DNA from: Candidatus Omnitrophota bacterium
Lineage (GTDB): Bacteria; Omnitrophota; Gorgyraeia; 2-02-FULL-51-18
Assembly: GCA_022072175.1 (NCBI GenBank)
Contig: JAJVIE010000003.1
Location: 665,840 to 729,839 of the forward strand
Length of the DNA: 64,000 bases
Direction: 5' to 3'
Part shown: positions 12,102 to 21,934 of the stretch, piece after piece
Numbering within the stretch: position 1 is the stretch's first letter
Layout of the letters: each line of letters begins with the position of its first letter
Notes under the pieces: model-generated
Database searches by the model: none
What the model saw: only the letters and a program-made list of their open reading frames with translations
What the model was told of the DNA's origin: nothing
Made by a program: the position numbers and the translations under genes

Positions 12102-13183
12102 ACGCCGAGCGCTTTGAGGATCGCTTCGGTGCGGGCGGGATACGCCTTGGGGACGCGTACGGTCTTGAGGGCCCGGTCGGGATCCTTGAGACCGTGCCCG
12201 GTAACGATGCACACGGCGATCCGCTGCGCGCCGGACCGGGCCGTAGCGCGATGCTTACGGAAGTAACCCTGCGCGGCGGCTTTGAGGAGCCCGGCCACCG
12301 ATGCGGCGCTGGCCGGCTCGACAAAAACCCCTTCCCGCGTGGCCAGGAGCTCGTAGGCGGCGAGGATCTCCTTGTCCGTCACCGGATCGATACGGCCACC
12401 GGAAGCGTCGCGCGCCGCGACGGCCTGCTCCCAGCTGGCCGGATTGCCGATACGGATGGCGGTGGCGATGGTCTTGGGTGCGGCGACAGGCTTGCCCTGT
12501 ACGATAGGTGCGGCGCCAGCGGCCTGGTACCCCAGGAGGACCGGCAACGACTTGATGACCTTGTCCCGGTGGTACTCCTGATAACCCTTCCAATAAGCGG
12601 TGATGTTGCCCGCGTTCCCAACGGGGATCACATGGTAATCAGGAGCCGCGCCGAGTTGATCGCAGATCTCAAAGGCCCCGGTCTTCTGCCCCTCGATCCG
12701 GAACGGGTTGACCGAGTTGACCAGGGTGATCGGATATTTGTCCGAGATCTCGCGCACCAGCCGCAGGGCGTGATCGAAGTTGCCCTTGACGGCGATGACG
12801 ACCGCGCCATGGATGAGCGCCTGACTGAGCTTGCCCAACGCGATGGCTCCCTCGGGTATCAGAACGGCGCAGCGGATACCCGCTCGGGCCGCGTAGGCGG
12901 CGGCCGACGCGGAGGTGTTGCCGGTGGAGGCGCAGATGACCATCCGACTGCCCGCCTCCTTGGCCTTGGAGACCGCGACGGTCATCCCCCGGTCCTTGAA
13001 CGATCCGGTCGGATTGAGGCCCTCGCATTTCAAGAAGACCCTCAGCCCGGTCCTGCGGCTCAGTTCGTCGGCGGGCACCAGCGGCGTGTTGCCTTCGCAC
13101 AGCGACACGACGGGGGTCTTGGCCGTGACCGGCAGGCGGTCACGATAGCGATGGATCAGGCCTTGCCAGCGCTCTGCGGGCAT
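12098..13183 (-). CDS. thrC: Threonine synthase
   Basis: [40 protein letters not shown]. Confidence 0.96.
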   Translation of the reverse strand: MPAERWQGLIHRYRDRLPVTAKTPVVSLCEGNTPLVPADELSRRTGLRVFLKCEGLNPTGSFKDRGMTVAVSKAKEAGSRMVICASTGNTSASAAAYAARAGIRCAVLIPEGAIALGKLSQALIHGAVVIAVKGNFDHALRLVREISDKYPITLVNSVNPFRIEGQKTGAFEICDQLGAAPDYHVIPVGNAGNITAYWKGYQEYHRDKVIKSLPVLLGYQAAGAAPIVQGKPVAAPKTIATAIRIGNPASWEQAVAARDASGGRIDPVTDKEILAAYELLATREGVFVEPASAASVAGLLKAAAQGYFRKHRATARSGAQRIAVCIVTGHGLKDPDRALKTVRVPKAYPARTEAILKALGV

Positions 13184-13185
13184 GC

Positions 13186-14499
13186 TCAGCCGTCCACGCG
13201 CAACACGACGGTGCGTTGACGCACATCGGGGCGCCTGTCGATCTGCCGCAGCGCCGCGCGAAGGTCGGCCTCGCGGGCGGTGTACGTCAGGATGATGACG
13301 GGTACGGAGCGTCCGCCGTGCGTGCCCTTCTGCTGAACGCTCAGGATGGAGATATCGTGCTGTCCGAGAGTGCGGGCGATGTTGCCGAGCACACCGGGAC
13401 GGTCCGCGACCTGGAACCGGAGATAATACCTCGAAGCGATCCGATCGGCGGGCAGAACAGGAAGCTTGGGCAGGTCCTCCGGAGCGGGCTCCATCGTCCA
13501 ACTTTGAGCGGCGACGGCCTTGGCGATGGCGATGATATCGCTCATGACCGCGCTGGCCGTCGGGAGCATCCCCGCTCCCTTACCGTAGAAGAGCAGGTCC
13601 CCCGTGTGGTCCCCGTGCATAAAAACAGCGTTGTACACCCCGTGCACGTTCGACAGCGGATGGTCCTTGGGCAGCAGCGTCGGATGCACGCGCAGGTCCA
13701 GACCCTTGCCGTCGCGCTTGCCGATGGCCAACAGCTTGATCGCGTAGCCGAGCTCCGAGGCGTACTGCATATCGACGGCCGACAGCGAGCGGATGCCCTC
13801 GACGGGAATGCGGTCGAAGGGCACTTCCGAACGGAAAGCCAAGCGCGCCAGCACCGCGAGTTTGTGCGCCGAATCGATGCCATCGATATCCAGGGACGGG
13901 TCCTGCTCGGCGTAGCCCATGCTCTGGGCATCGGCCAACGCGTCCGTGAAATCCGAGTTCTGCCGGCTCATGGCGCTGAGGATATAGTTGCACGTCCCGT
14001 TCACGATGCCCATGAAGTGCGAGATGTTGTTGGACGTCAACCCTTCCCGCAGGGACCGGATGATGGGGATGCCCCCGCAGACGCTGGCTTCGATACCCAA
14101 CAGCCTGCGGTGCTTGGCGGCCTCACCGTAGATGGCCGTGGCGGCCTCGGCCAGCAGAGCTTTGTTGGCGGTGACCACATGCTTGCCGTGACGGAACGCC
14201 TCAAGGATCAGATCACGGGCCGGCGCGATACCACCGATCAGCTCGACGACGATGTCGATCGACGGGTCACGCAGGATGGCGTGGGGGTCCGTGGTCAACA
14301 ATCGCGCCGGCAGACGGACCGCCCGTTTCTTGCGGGGGTTGCGGACGCATACGGCCTTGAGCTCGAGCCGGATACCCGTCTTGGCCTGGATCGCGGCGAT
14401 CTCGGACTGTAGGATCCGCACCACACCGGTACCCACGGTGCCGCACCCGATGAGCGCGATCCCCACGGTCCTTCCGGTCGTAACGTTGACGGACCTCAT
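13186..14499 (-). CDS. hom: Homoserine dehydrogenase with C-terminal ACT domain (alternative ATG at 14511)
   Basis: [33 protein letters not shown] and ACT motif DRPGVL. Confidence 0.96.
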   Translation of the reverse strand: MRSVNVTTGRTVGIALIGCGTVGTGVVRILQSEIAAIQAKTGIRLELKAVCVRNPRKKRAVRLPARLLTTDPHAILRDPSIDIVVELIGGIAPARDLILEAFRHGKHVVTANKALLAEAATAIYGEAAKHRRLLGIEASVCGGIPIIRSLREGLTSNNISHFMGIVNGTCNYILSAMSRQNSDFTDALADAQSMGYAEQDPSLDIDGIDSAHKLAVLARLAFRSEVPFDRIPVEGIRSLSAVDMQYASELGYAIKLLAIGKRDGKGLDLRVHPTLLPKDHPLSNVHGVYNAVFMHGDHTGDLLFYGKGAGMLPTASAVMSDIIAIAKAVAAQSWTMEPAPEDLPKLPVLPADRIASRYYLRFQVADRPGVLGNIARTLGQHDISILSVQQKGTHGGRSVPVIILTYTAREADLRAALRQIDRRPDVRQRTVVLRVDG

Positions 14500-14516
14500 T
14501 TGCCGACCCATAAAAA

Positions 14517-14595
14517 TGGTCGGGGCGAGTGGATTCGAACCACCGATCTCTTGCACCCCAAGCAAGCGCTCTGGACCAAGCTGAGCCACGCCCCG
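14517..14595 (-). tRNA. tRNA-Pro(GGG)
   Basis: CGGGGCG acceptor stem, anticodon arm CTTGC-TTGGGGT-GCAAG, T-loop GTTCGAATC, encoded ACCA end. Confidence 0.97.
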
Positions 14596-14656
14596 ATTGA
14601 ATTCGTTGTCATCGACCGGCGCTCACCCGACCCGCGCGCCGGACCGCTCCAGACCT

Positions 14657-15664
14657 CTAGTCCAACTCGCGGGCGACATGCGAACGCATGAGCGCCTCGA
14701 CGGCGACCTTCGGGTCCTTCTTCCTGAAAAGCACGGAATGCACCGCTTCGGTGATCGGCATCGACACGCGGTAACGCTTGGCCAAACGAACGGCCGACTC
14801 GCAGGTGTCCACGCCCTCGACGACCATCTCCGTCTCGGACAGCGCCTGCTTCAGCGTGCGTCCTTTACCGACGCGCTCACCCAGCCAGCGGTTGCGGCTG
14901 TGCGGGCTCAAGCAGGTCGTAGCCAGATCCCCGAGCCCGCTCAGACCCATGAAGGTCTCGCCGCGGGCACCCATCTTGCGCCCGAGCCGGGCCATTTCGG
15001 CAACGCCCCTGGCGAAAAGCGCGGCTCGCGTATTGGAACCGTACCCGAGCCCCTCGACGATCCCGGCGGCGATCGCGATCACGTTCTTGAGCGACCCGCC
15101 GAGCTCGACCCCGAGCACATCCTCGCTCACGAAAAGATTGAAGGAATCCGTCAAGAGCACCTCGCGGACACGGGCGGCCAGTGCGGCGTCCCTGGAAGCC
15201 ACCGACGCGGCGGCAGGCATCTTGAGCGCGATCTCACGAGCGATGCACGGACCCGACAGCACGGCCAACGGTACCCGGCCGAGCCTCTCTTCGACCAACT
15301 GCGACATGACCTTGAGGCTCTTTTTCTCGATGCCCTTGGCGACCGAGACGTATTCCAAGCCCTTGATCCCCGTCGCCCGTATACGGTCGAGCACGCTCCG
15401 CATGTACTGTGACGGAACCGCCAGAACGACGAGCTTGGCTCCGGTCAGTGCGCTCTGAAGGTCCGAGGTCAGCGTCACGTTCTCGGGGATATGGAATCCG
15501 GGCAGGAATTTCACGTTCTCCCGCTTGCGGTCCATCTCGGCGACGTACTTCTCGAAAGCGCCCCACAGACCGACCGGATATCCCTTACTGGCCAGCAAAA
15601 TCGCCAGCGTCGTACCCCAACCGCCGTCACCGATGACGGCTATTTTCGCATCCCTATGCTTCAT
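14657..15664 (-). CDS. gpsA: NAD(P)H-dependent glycerol-3-phosphate dehydrogenase
   Basis: IGDGGWGT, LSGP, LKNVIAI, GLSGLGDL..TC...SRN, VEG. Confidence 0.96.
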   Translation of the reverse strand: MKHRDAKIAVIGDGGWGTTLAILLASKGYPVGLWGAFEKYVAEMDRKRENVKFLPGFHIPENVTLTSDLQSALTGAKLVVLAVPSQYMRSVLDRIRATGIKGLEYVSVAKGIEKKSLKVMSQLVEERLGRVPLAVLSGPCIAREIALKMPAAASVASRDAALAARVREVLLTDSFNLFVSEDVLGVELGGSLKNVIAIAAGIVEGLGYGSNTRAALFARGVAEMARLGRKMGARGETFMGLSGLGDLATTCLSPHSRNRWLGERVGKGRTLKQALSETEMVVEGVDTCESAVRLAKRYRVSMPITEAVHSVLFRKKDPKVAVEALMRSHVARELD

Positions 15665-15707
15665 AAGATGTTATGACGCCACCGATGGTTGTGACAAAGT
15701 GGGCTTT

Positions 15708-15736
15708 AATATAGCAAAGCCTTACAGGAGGGTCAA
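15708..15736 (-). promoter_or_regulatory. Sigma70-type promoter upstream of gpsA
   Basis: TTGACC-N17-TATATT with TG extended -10, in an AT-richer intergenic gap. Confidence 0.7.
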
Positions 15737-15749
15737 CGCCAAAAACAGC

Positions 15750-16139
15750 TCAGGGGATCTGGAATTTCGGATGGCCGCCGTGCGGGGAAAGCATATCGAA
15801 CTTGATGGAATGCATGAACACGACCGCGAACAAATGCAGGTCCTGCACCACATAAAAACTTCCGATCACGCGATAGATCATCTGACCCACGCCGGTCTTC
15901 GGGTCGAGGACCTTCTTGATCGACACGTGCCGGTCCTTCCGATTGAAGACATTGGCATGGACTTCCATCCAGGTCTTCATTTCCTGGGCGTCGTGGAACG
16001 GACTCTTTTCGGAAACGTAATACGAATACTTCTTTTCCGCTCGGGCCGTTACGCCGTTCTGCTCGATGATCTCCACGATGCGCAGGTTCTTGCGCTTGTG
16101 GTCGTTGGATGTCGATGTTTGGATGCAGATCTCTCTCAT
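15750..16139 (-). CDS. Hypothetical protein, 129 aa
   Basis: ATG-start ORF filling the plsY-gpsA gap with protein-like composition and its own predicted promoter; no motif recognised. Confidence 0.65.
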   Translation of the reverse strand: MREICIQTSTSNDHKRKNLRIVEIIEQNGVTARAEKKYSYYVSEKSPFHDAQEMKTWMEVHANVFNRKDRHVSIKKVLDPKTGVGQMIYRVIGSFYVVQDLHLFAVVFMHSIKFDMLSPHGGHPKFQIP

Positions 16140-16195
16140 GGGATACCAGTTATTTAAACATTGAAAGAAGTAGAGCTAAAAAAAATCCCTTCAAT

Positions 16196-16224
16196 AGTTT
16201 ACAGCCGTAAACATGCATGTGCAA
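16196..16224 (-). promoter_or_regulatory. Sigma70-type promoter of the 129-aa orphan
   Basis: TTGCAC-N17-TAAACT in the most AT-rich stretch of the window. Confidence 0.6.
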
Positions 16225-16230
16225 GGGGGG

Positions 16231-16839
16231 CTACTTTTTAAAGGACAGCTCTTCGCCCCGGATCAGGCGGGAGATATTGGACCGATGCGTCCATGTAAGA
16301 AAAACAAATATTAAGAAAAAAAGCCCTTTGACAGGACCGCTGTAATCGGTCCACAGCCCCGCCACGGCCAGCGCCGCCAAACCCGCCAGGGAGCTGATCG
16401 AAACAACGCGTGTCGGCGCGTACACGAGGACCCAGACCAACGCGCAGATACCGAAGAGCCCCGGAAAGCCGGCCAGGAGCGCGCCCGCTCCCGTCGCCAC
16501 CCCCTTGCCGCCTTTGAATCCCAGGAACGGAGTGAACACATGCCCCGCAACGGCGCAAAGCGCCAGAAGGATCCGCGCCAGGGCACGATCGCCCCCGATG
16601 CTCACAGCGCCGAGCGCCAGTTCCTGCAGGCAGAGTACCGGCAGGGCGCCCTTCAGGAGATCCACCACGAACACCGCGATCCCGATCTTCTTGCCGAGGA
16701 CACGGACCGCATTGGTCGCCCCGACATTGCCACTGCCGTGCTGACGGACATCCACCCCCCGGCACCAACGGCCGGCCAGATAGGCCGTCGGGATGCCGCC
16801 GATCAGAAAAGCCCCGACACAGGCCACCCAAGCGCTCAC
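16231..16839 (-). CDS. plsY: Glycerol-3-phosphate acyltransferase PlsY
   Basis: GSGNVGATNAVR, GHVF, FKGGKGVAT, THRSNISRL; GTG start overlaps the upstream stop. Confidence 0.95.
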   Translation of the reverse strand: MSAWVACVGAFLIGGIPTAYLAGRWCRGVDVRQHGSGNVGATNAVRVLGKKIGIAVFVVDLLKGALPVLCLQELALGAVSIGGDRALARILLALCAVAGHVFTPFLGFKGGKGVATGAGALLAGFPGLFGICALVWVLVYAPTRVVSISSLAGLAALAVAGLWTDYSGPVKGLFFLIFVFLTWTHRSNISRLIRGEELSFKK

Positions 16840-17444
16840 GTCGAGATCCCCTGCAGAGCGCGCGCTCCGCTGCGGACGTAGTGCCAGCCCGAGGCCAGTG
16901 TCAAGATAACGGTCAGCACGAACAGGGGCGATCTCGCCTCGATGGGCAGGCGTGCCAGACAGGCGATCAGGGTCAGCATCTGCACGCAAGTCGTGGCTTT
17001 GCCCACCAGATTGGGCTTGGCCTTCAGGTCACCGGTCGCCATGAAGACGATCATCGATCCGGCCAGGAGCACGATGTCCCGCGTGAGCACCGGGACGGCC
17101 ACCCAAGCGGGGATCCGCGCCGCATCAGGAAGGTTCGGAGCGAAGCACAGCACGACGAACGCGCTCACGATGAGCAGTTTATCGGCGAGCGGATCGATCA
17201 AAGCGCCGAAAGGCGTCATCTGCCCCAGCCGCCGCGCCAGATAACCGTCGAGGGCGTCGGTCACGCACGCGCTGATGAAGAGAGCCAGCGCCCAGTCGAA
17301 CAACTGCTCCTTGCCCGGAGCATAGGAGAGCACGCAGGAGATCACCGCGGGCACCAGAAGCACCCGCAGGAAGGTCAGGCGATTGGGCCAGTTGAGCGGA
17401 TCCGCCGCCGGGACCTGCGGAGCGTCCGGCTTGCGCTCAATCAA
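16836..17444 (-). CDS. CDP-alcohol phosphatidyltransferase (second PgsA-like enzyme)
   Basis: PNRLTFLR and the TDALDGYLARR...GALIDPLADK signature. Confidence 0.88.
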   Translation of the reverse strand: MIERKPDAPQVPAADPLNWPNRLTFLRVLLVPAVISCVLSYAPGKEQLFDWALALFISACVTDALDGYLARRLGQMTPFGALIDPLADKLLIVSAFVVLCFAPNLPDAARIPAWVAVPVLTRDIVLLAGSMIVFMATGDLKAKPNLVGKATTCVQMLTLIACLARLPIEARSPLFVLTVILTLASGWHYVRSGARALQGIST

Positions 17445-17988
17445 TGCGGCCCATCCTCTTGAGCGGCCACCAGCGCACGAACGCCTTGCCGATCACGTTC
17501 TGCCGCGGCACGAATCCCCAGAAGCGGCTGTCGGTGGAGTTGGCGCTGTTGTCGCCGAGCACGTAGTACTGACCCTCGGGGACCTGGATCTTCTCGTAGG
17601 GCCCGCCGTACGGCTCGTGGTTATAGTAGAAGAACTTCCCGAAGCTCTCCGGATCGTCGAGCACGACGCCGTCCACGTGGATCTTGCCATCACGGATCTC
17701 GACGGTCTCCCCGCCGACGGCGACGAGACGCTTGATGAAGTCCTTCTTGCGGTCGGCCGGGTACTTGAAAACGATGATGTCTCCCCTCTTCGGCTGCTCG
17801 AAGCGGTAGATGAACTTGTTCACGAAGAGCTTGTCCCCTTCGATGAGCGTGGGCCGCATCGACCCGGAAGGGATCTTGAACGCCTGCACCACGAACGTGC
17901 GGATGATGAGCGTGAGAACGAGCGCCACGGCGATCGACTGCGCCCACTCGATGGCCTCACGCTTGAGGAGTTGACGGTCGATCTTCAT
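17437..17988 (-). CDS. lepB: Signal peptidase I
   Basis: IPSGSMRPTL (Ser), FIKRL (Lys), GDNSANSTDSR; ATGA overlap with lepA. Confidence 0.96.
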   Translation of the reverse strand: MKIDRQLLKREAIEWAQSIAVALVLTLIIRTFVVQAFKIPSGSMRPTLIEGDKLFVNKFIYRFEQPKRGDIIVFKYPADRKKDFIKRLVAVGGETVEIRDGKIHVDGVVLDDPESFGKFFYYNHEPYGGPYEKIQVPEGQYYVLGDNSANSTDSRFWGFVPRQNVIGKAFVRWWPLKRMGRID

Positions 17989-19784
17989 TGTTCGAGCTTG
18001 AGCGCCGCCAGGAAGGCCTCTTGCGGGATCTCGACCTTGCCGAACTGCTTCATGCGCTTCTTGCCCTCTTTCTGCTTCTCCCAGAGCTTGCGCTTGCGCG
18101 TGATGTCGCCGCCATAGCACTTGGCGGTGACGTTCTTGCCCATGGGCCTGACGGTCTCGCGCGCGATGATCTTACCGCCGATCGCCGCCTGGATCACCAC
18201 CTCGAACATCTGCCTCGGGATCAGCTCCTTGAGCTTCTCGCACAGCGCTCTGCCCTTGGTCTGGGCGACGTCGCGGTGCACGATCGAGCTGAACGAATCG
18301 CAGGGCTCGGAGTTGATGAGGATGTCCAGCTTGACCAGATCGCTCTCGCGGTGTCCCGTCAGCTCGTAATCCAATGAACCGTAACCCTTGGTGATGGACT
18401 TGATGCGGTCGTAAAAATCCACGATGATCTCCGACAGCGGGAAATCATAGGTCACCCGCGCGCGGTCCTCGCTCAGGTATTCGGTGGTCTTGTACGTGCC
18501 GCGCCGCTGTTCGCACAGGTCCAGGATGGGCCCCATGCACGACGGCGGGATGATCAGGGAGGCGTCCACGTAAGGTTCGAGGATCGCGTCGATATGCGAC
18601 GGATCGGGCAGCTTGGACGGGTTCTCGATCTCGAGCGTTTCGCCGGTGGTCTTGCGGACCTTGTACACGACGCTCGGCGTCGTGACCACGAGGTTCATGT
18701 CGTACTCGCGCTCCAGGCGCTCCTGCACGATCTCCATATGCAGCAGCCCCAGGAACCCGCAGCGGAAACCGAACCCCACCGAAGCGGAGCTTTCGACCTC
18801 GAACACCAGCGAGGCGTCCGAGAGCTGGAGCTTTTCCATCGAGTCCTTGAGGGCCTGGAAATCCTTGGCGCTCACGGGAAAGATGCTCGCGTACACCATG
18901 GGCTTGATCTTCTTGTAGCCGGGTAGCGCCTCGGAGGCGGGGGACTCCACGGTGGTGACCGTGTCGCCGTTCTCGACCTCCTTGGCCGAACGGATGTTGC
19001 AGGTGATGTAACCGACCTCGCCGCAGAGGATCGCGTCGCACGGTACCGGCTTTGGGGAGAGGACCCCCATCTCGAGGATCTCGTATTCGCGTCCGGTGGC
19101 CATCATGCGGATCTTCATGCCCTTGCGGAGCACGCCGTTGAAGACGCGCACGTACACGATCACGCCCTTGTAGATGTCGAAGTTCGAGTCGAACACCAGC
19201 GCCTGAAGGGGCGCGTCGGGGTCACCCTCAGGAGCGGGGATCCTCTCGACGACACGTTCGAGGATGTCATCGATGCCGATGCCGGCCTTGGCGCTGGCCA
19301 GGATGATCTCCTCCTCGCGGATGCCCAGTGCCTTGTGGATCTGCTTCTTGACCTTGTCCGGATCGGCGGTGGGCAGGTCGATCTTGTTGATGACGGGGAT
19401 GACCTCGAGGTTGTGTTCCATGGCCAACAGCAGGTTGGACACCGTCTGCGCCTCCACGCCCTGACCGGCGTCCACCACCAGCAGGACCCCCTCGCAGGCC
19501 CGCAGGCTCTTGGAGACCTCGAACGTGAAATCCACATGTCCGGGCGTGTCGATGAGGTTGAGCACGTAGTCCTGACCCGCTTTCGACTTGTACGGGATGC
19601 GCACGGCGCTGGCCTTGATCGTGATCCCCCGCTCCTGCTCCAGCTCCATGTCGTCCAACAGCTGGTTGTGGAAGGTCCGCTGGTCGATGACCCCCGTGTG
19701 CTCGAGGATGCGGTCGGCCAGCGTGGATTTCCCGTGGTCGATGTGCGCGATGATCGAGAAGTTGCGGACGAACTGATGTTTCAT
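17985..19784 (-). CDS. lepA: Elongation factor 4
   Basis: AHIDHGKSTLAD, DTPGH, NKID, KCYGGDITRK. Confidence 0.98.
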   Translation of the reverse strand: MKHQFVRNFSIIAHIDHGKSTLADRILEHTGVIDQRTFHNQLLDDMELEQERGITIKASAVRIPYKSKAGQDYVLNLIDTPGHVDFTFEVSKSLRACEGVLLVVDAGQGVEAQTVSNLLLAMEHNLEVIPVINKIDLPTADPDKVKKQIHKALGIREEEIILASAKAGIGIDDILERVVERIPAPEGDPDAPLQALVFDSNFDIYKGVIVYVRVFNGVLRKGMKIRMMATGREYEILEMGVLSPKPVPCDAILCGEVGYITCNIRSAKEVENGDTVTTVESPASEALPGYKKIKPMVYASIFPVSAKDFQALKDSMEKLQLSDASLVFEVESSASVGFGFRCGFLGLLHMEIVQERLEREYDMNLVVTTPSVVYKVRKTTGETLEIENPSKLPDPSHIDAILEPYVDASLIIPPSCMGPILDLCEQRRGTYKTTEYLSEDRARVTYDFPLSEIIVDFYDRIKSITKGYGSLDYELTGHRESDLVKLDILINSEPCDSFSSIVHRDVAQTKGRALCEKLKELIPRQMFEVVIQAAIGGKIIARETVRPMGKNVTAKCYGGDITRKRKLWEKQKEGKKRMKQFGKVEIPQEAFLAALKLEQ

Positions 19785-19794
19785 CGGTCCCCGG

Positions 19795-21210
19795 TCAGGC
19801 CTTGAGGCCGAATGCGATCTCGCGGCCGCTCGAGACCAGCGATGTCGCCAGCTGCTCGGAGGTCGCTTCGGAGTAGATCCGCAGGATCGGTTCCGTGCCC
19901 GACAGGCGGAACAACAGCCAACTGTCGTCCTCCAGCACGAACTTCATCCCGTCGCTCGACTTGACCTCCTTGATGCGGTGACCGGCCAGGGATGCTGGCG
20001 GGTTCTTCTGGAGGTGCTGGAACAGCAGGGGTTTGAGCTCGTTCGGATAGTCGATGTCGTTGCGGACATAGTGGAGCTTGCCGAATTCCTTCTCCACGTC
20101 CTTGAGGATCTGGTCGATGGACTTGCCGCGCACGGCCATCATCTCCATCAAGAGCAGCGACGAGAGCATGCCGTCGCGCTCGTACAGATAGTCCTGAAAT
20201 CCGATCCCGCCCGACTCCTCCCCCCCGATCAGCACGTTCTCGCGGCGCATGATCTCGCAGACGTACTTGAAACCGACCGGGGTCTCATGGACCTTGAGGC
20301 CGAGCTTGCGGGCCATCTTGTAGATCAGCCCGGTATTGGAGATCGTCGTGACGACACTGCCGGTCTTCTTGCGGTCCTCGACCAGGTGCAGCATGATCAG
20401 CGAGAGGATCTTGCCCGGCGAGATGAACTCCCCTCCCGGACGGATAGCGCCGACCCGGTCAGCGTCACCGTCGGTGACCACGCAGAGGTCGTACTTGCCC
20501 GTCCGCATGAGCTCGGTCGCCTGGCGCAGGTTCTGCGGGATCGGCTCCGGCGCCCCACCGCCGAAGGACGTGTCCCGGTCCCCGCGGATGGTCGTGATCC
20601 GGAGCTTGCCGCCGGCCAGAATGGTCTCGAGCCAGCGTCCGGCCACACCGTGCATCGGGTCCACCAGCACATGGTAGGGTCCCTGCTTGATCTTGTCGAT
20701 GTCCACATAGCGCTTGAGGAAGGCGATGTAAGCCTCATTGAGGTCGCGCCGTTCGCTGCCGGCTCCGAGAGGTTTGCGGCGGACGGGGCTCTTGCCGATC
20801 AGCGCCTCGACGGCGTCGGTGATCGCGCGCTCAGCGGAACCGCCGAAGTCGTTCTTGATCTTCACGCCGTTGTAGCCGGGCGGATTGTGGCTGGCCGTGA
20901 TGGCCAGGCCCGAATCGCACTTCTCCTTGACGATCGTATAGCTGACGGCCGGGGTCGGGCAAGCCGTGGTGGACAGGATCACCTCGATACCATTGCCGCT
21001 GAGCACCTCGGCGGCGGCGCGCGCGAAGTTCTCGGAGTTACGGCGCCAGTCGTAGCCGATCACGACCCGGACCTTGGAGGAGCCCTTCTTCTTGGATTCC
21101 GCCCAGAGATGGTCGGCGTAGGCCTGCACGACCCTCTCGACGTTCTCGAGCGTGAAATCCGCGCTCATCAGCGCTCTCCAACCATCGGTGCCGAACTTTA
21201 TTTTTGACAT
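19795..21210 (-). CDS. Phosphoglucomutase/phosphomannomutase family protein
   Basis: FGTDGWR, TASHNP, DGDADR, GGEESGG, RLSGTEP. Confidence 0.93.
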   Translation of the reverse strand: MSKIKFGTDGWRALMSADFTLENVERVVQAYADHLWAESKKKGSSKVRVVIGYDWRRNSENFARAAAEVLSGNGIEVILSTTACPTPAVSYTIVKEKCDSGLAITASHNPPGYNGVKIKNDFGGSAERAITDAVEALIGKSPVRRKPLGAGSERRDLNEAYIAFLKRYVDIDKIKQGPYHVLVDPMHGVAGRWLETILAGGKLRITTIRGDRDTSFGGGAPEPIPQNLRQATELMRTGKYDLCVVTDGDADRVGAIRPGGEFISPGKILSLIMLHLVEDRKKTGSVVTTISNTGLIYKMARKLGLKVHETPVGFKYVCEIMRRENVLIGGEESGGIGFQDYLYERDGMLSSLLLMEMMAVRGKSIDQILKDVEKEFGKLHYVRNDIDYPNELKPLLFQHLQKNPPASLAGHRIKEVKSSDGMKFVLEDDSWLLFRLSGTEPILRIYSEATSEQLATSLVSSGREIAFGLKA

Positions 21211-21845
21211 CGGAGTTCCTCGATCGCTTGTTTGACGTCCGTCTTGCCGAAGATCGCGGTGCCGGCGACGAGCACGTTCGCCCCCGCCTCCACCGCCTGC
21301 CTGCCGGTCGTCTTGTTGATGCCGCCGTCCACCTGGATATCTCCCGGATAGACCGTCCGGAGCCGCCGAACCTTGTCCAGGACCTCCGGCATGAACGCCT
21401 GCCCGCCGAAGCCCGGGTTGACCGTCATCAAGAGCACCATGTCGATCCGCTCCAGGTACGGGAGGATCGGCTCGAGCGGCGTGGCCGGCTTGAGCGAAAC
21501 GCCCGTTCGCGCCCCGGCCGAACGGATGGACGCCAGCACCTCGGACAGACGGTCGCCGCAGGCCTCGGCGTGCACGGTGACACCGTCAGCCCCGGCCTTG
21601 ACGAAGTTCGCCACGTAGCGCTCGGGCTGTTCGATCATGAGGTGGGCGTCCAGAAAGAGCTTCGTCACCTTACGGATGGCCTCCACGATGAACGGTCCGA
21701 TCGTGATGTTGGGCACGAAATGCCCGTCCATCACGTCCAGATGCAGCATCTCGCATCCGCCCGCCTCGACCTTGCGGATCTCCGACCTCAGGTCGGCAAA
21801 ATCAGCGGCCAGCAGCGACGGGGCGATCTTCAGACGAGTTGACAC
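21198..21845 (-). CDS. rpe: Ribulose-phosphate 3-epimerase
   Basis: APSLLAADF, HLDVMDGHFVPN, MTVNPGFGGQ, VDGGI; GTG start at 21845 with GGAG RBS. Confidence 0.96.
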   Translation of the reverse strand: MSTRLKIAPSLLAADFADLRSEIRKVEAGGCEMLHLDVMDGHFVPNITIGPFIVEAIRKVTKLFLDAHLMIEQPERYVANFVKAGADGVTVHAEACGDRLSEVLASIRSAGARTGVSLKPATPLEPILPYLERIDMVLLMTVNPGFGGQAFMPEVLDKVRRLRTVYPGDIQVDGGINKTTGRQAVEAGANVLVAGTAIFGKTDVKQAIEELRCQK

Positions 21846-21890
21846 GACCGGTCTCCATAAGGTGTCCAGGCCCACATCCACGAAGGGAAG

Positions 21891-21924
21891 ATTTTAACAG
21901 AATCGAGGCCCGTTGGGAACGGGC
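21891..21924 (-). promoter_or_regulatory. Putative rpe promoter with a hairpin over the -35
   Basis: TGnTAAAAT extended -10 (hexamer 21891-21896), TTCCCA 17 bp upstream, inverted repeat GCCCGTT-ggg-AACGGGC at 21908-21924. Confidence 0.5.
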
Positions 21925-21934
21925 GTAAACGCCG

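Noticed and set aside
14500-14589. ORF-track N-terminal extension of hom (MAQLGPERLL...), and the similar one at 59406-59510
   Set aside because: These are translations through tRNA genes; the true starts lie downstream.
15655-15682. Possible dif site (CATAA...TTATG), given xerD and ftsK in the window
   Set aside because: The central spacer is 4 bp rather than 6, the XerD arm TTATGTTAAAT is not matched, and it overlaps the gpsA start codon.
15525-16157. 210-aa plus-strand ORF across the orphan region
   Set aside because: It overlaps gpsA and its promoter in antisense. The minus-strand 129-aa ORF has an ATG start and a predicted promoter and fits the gap.
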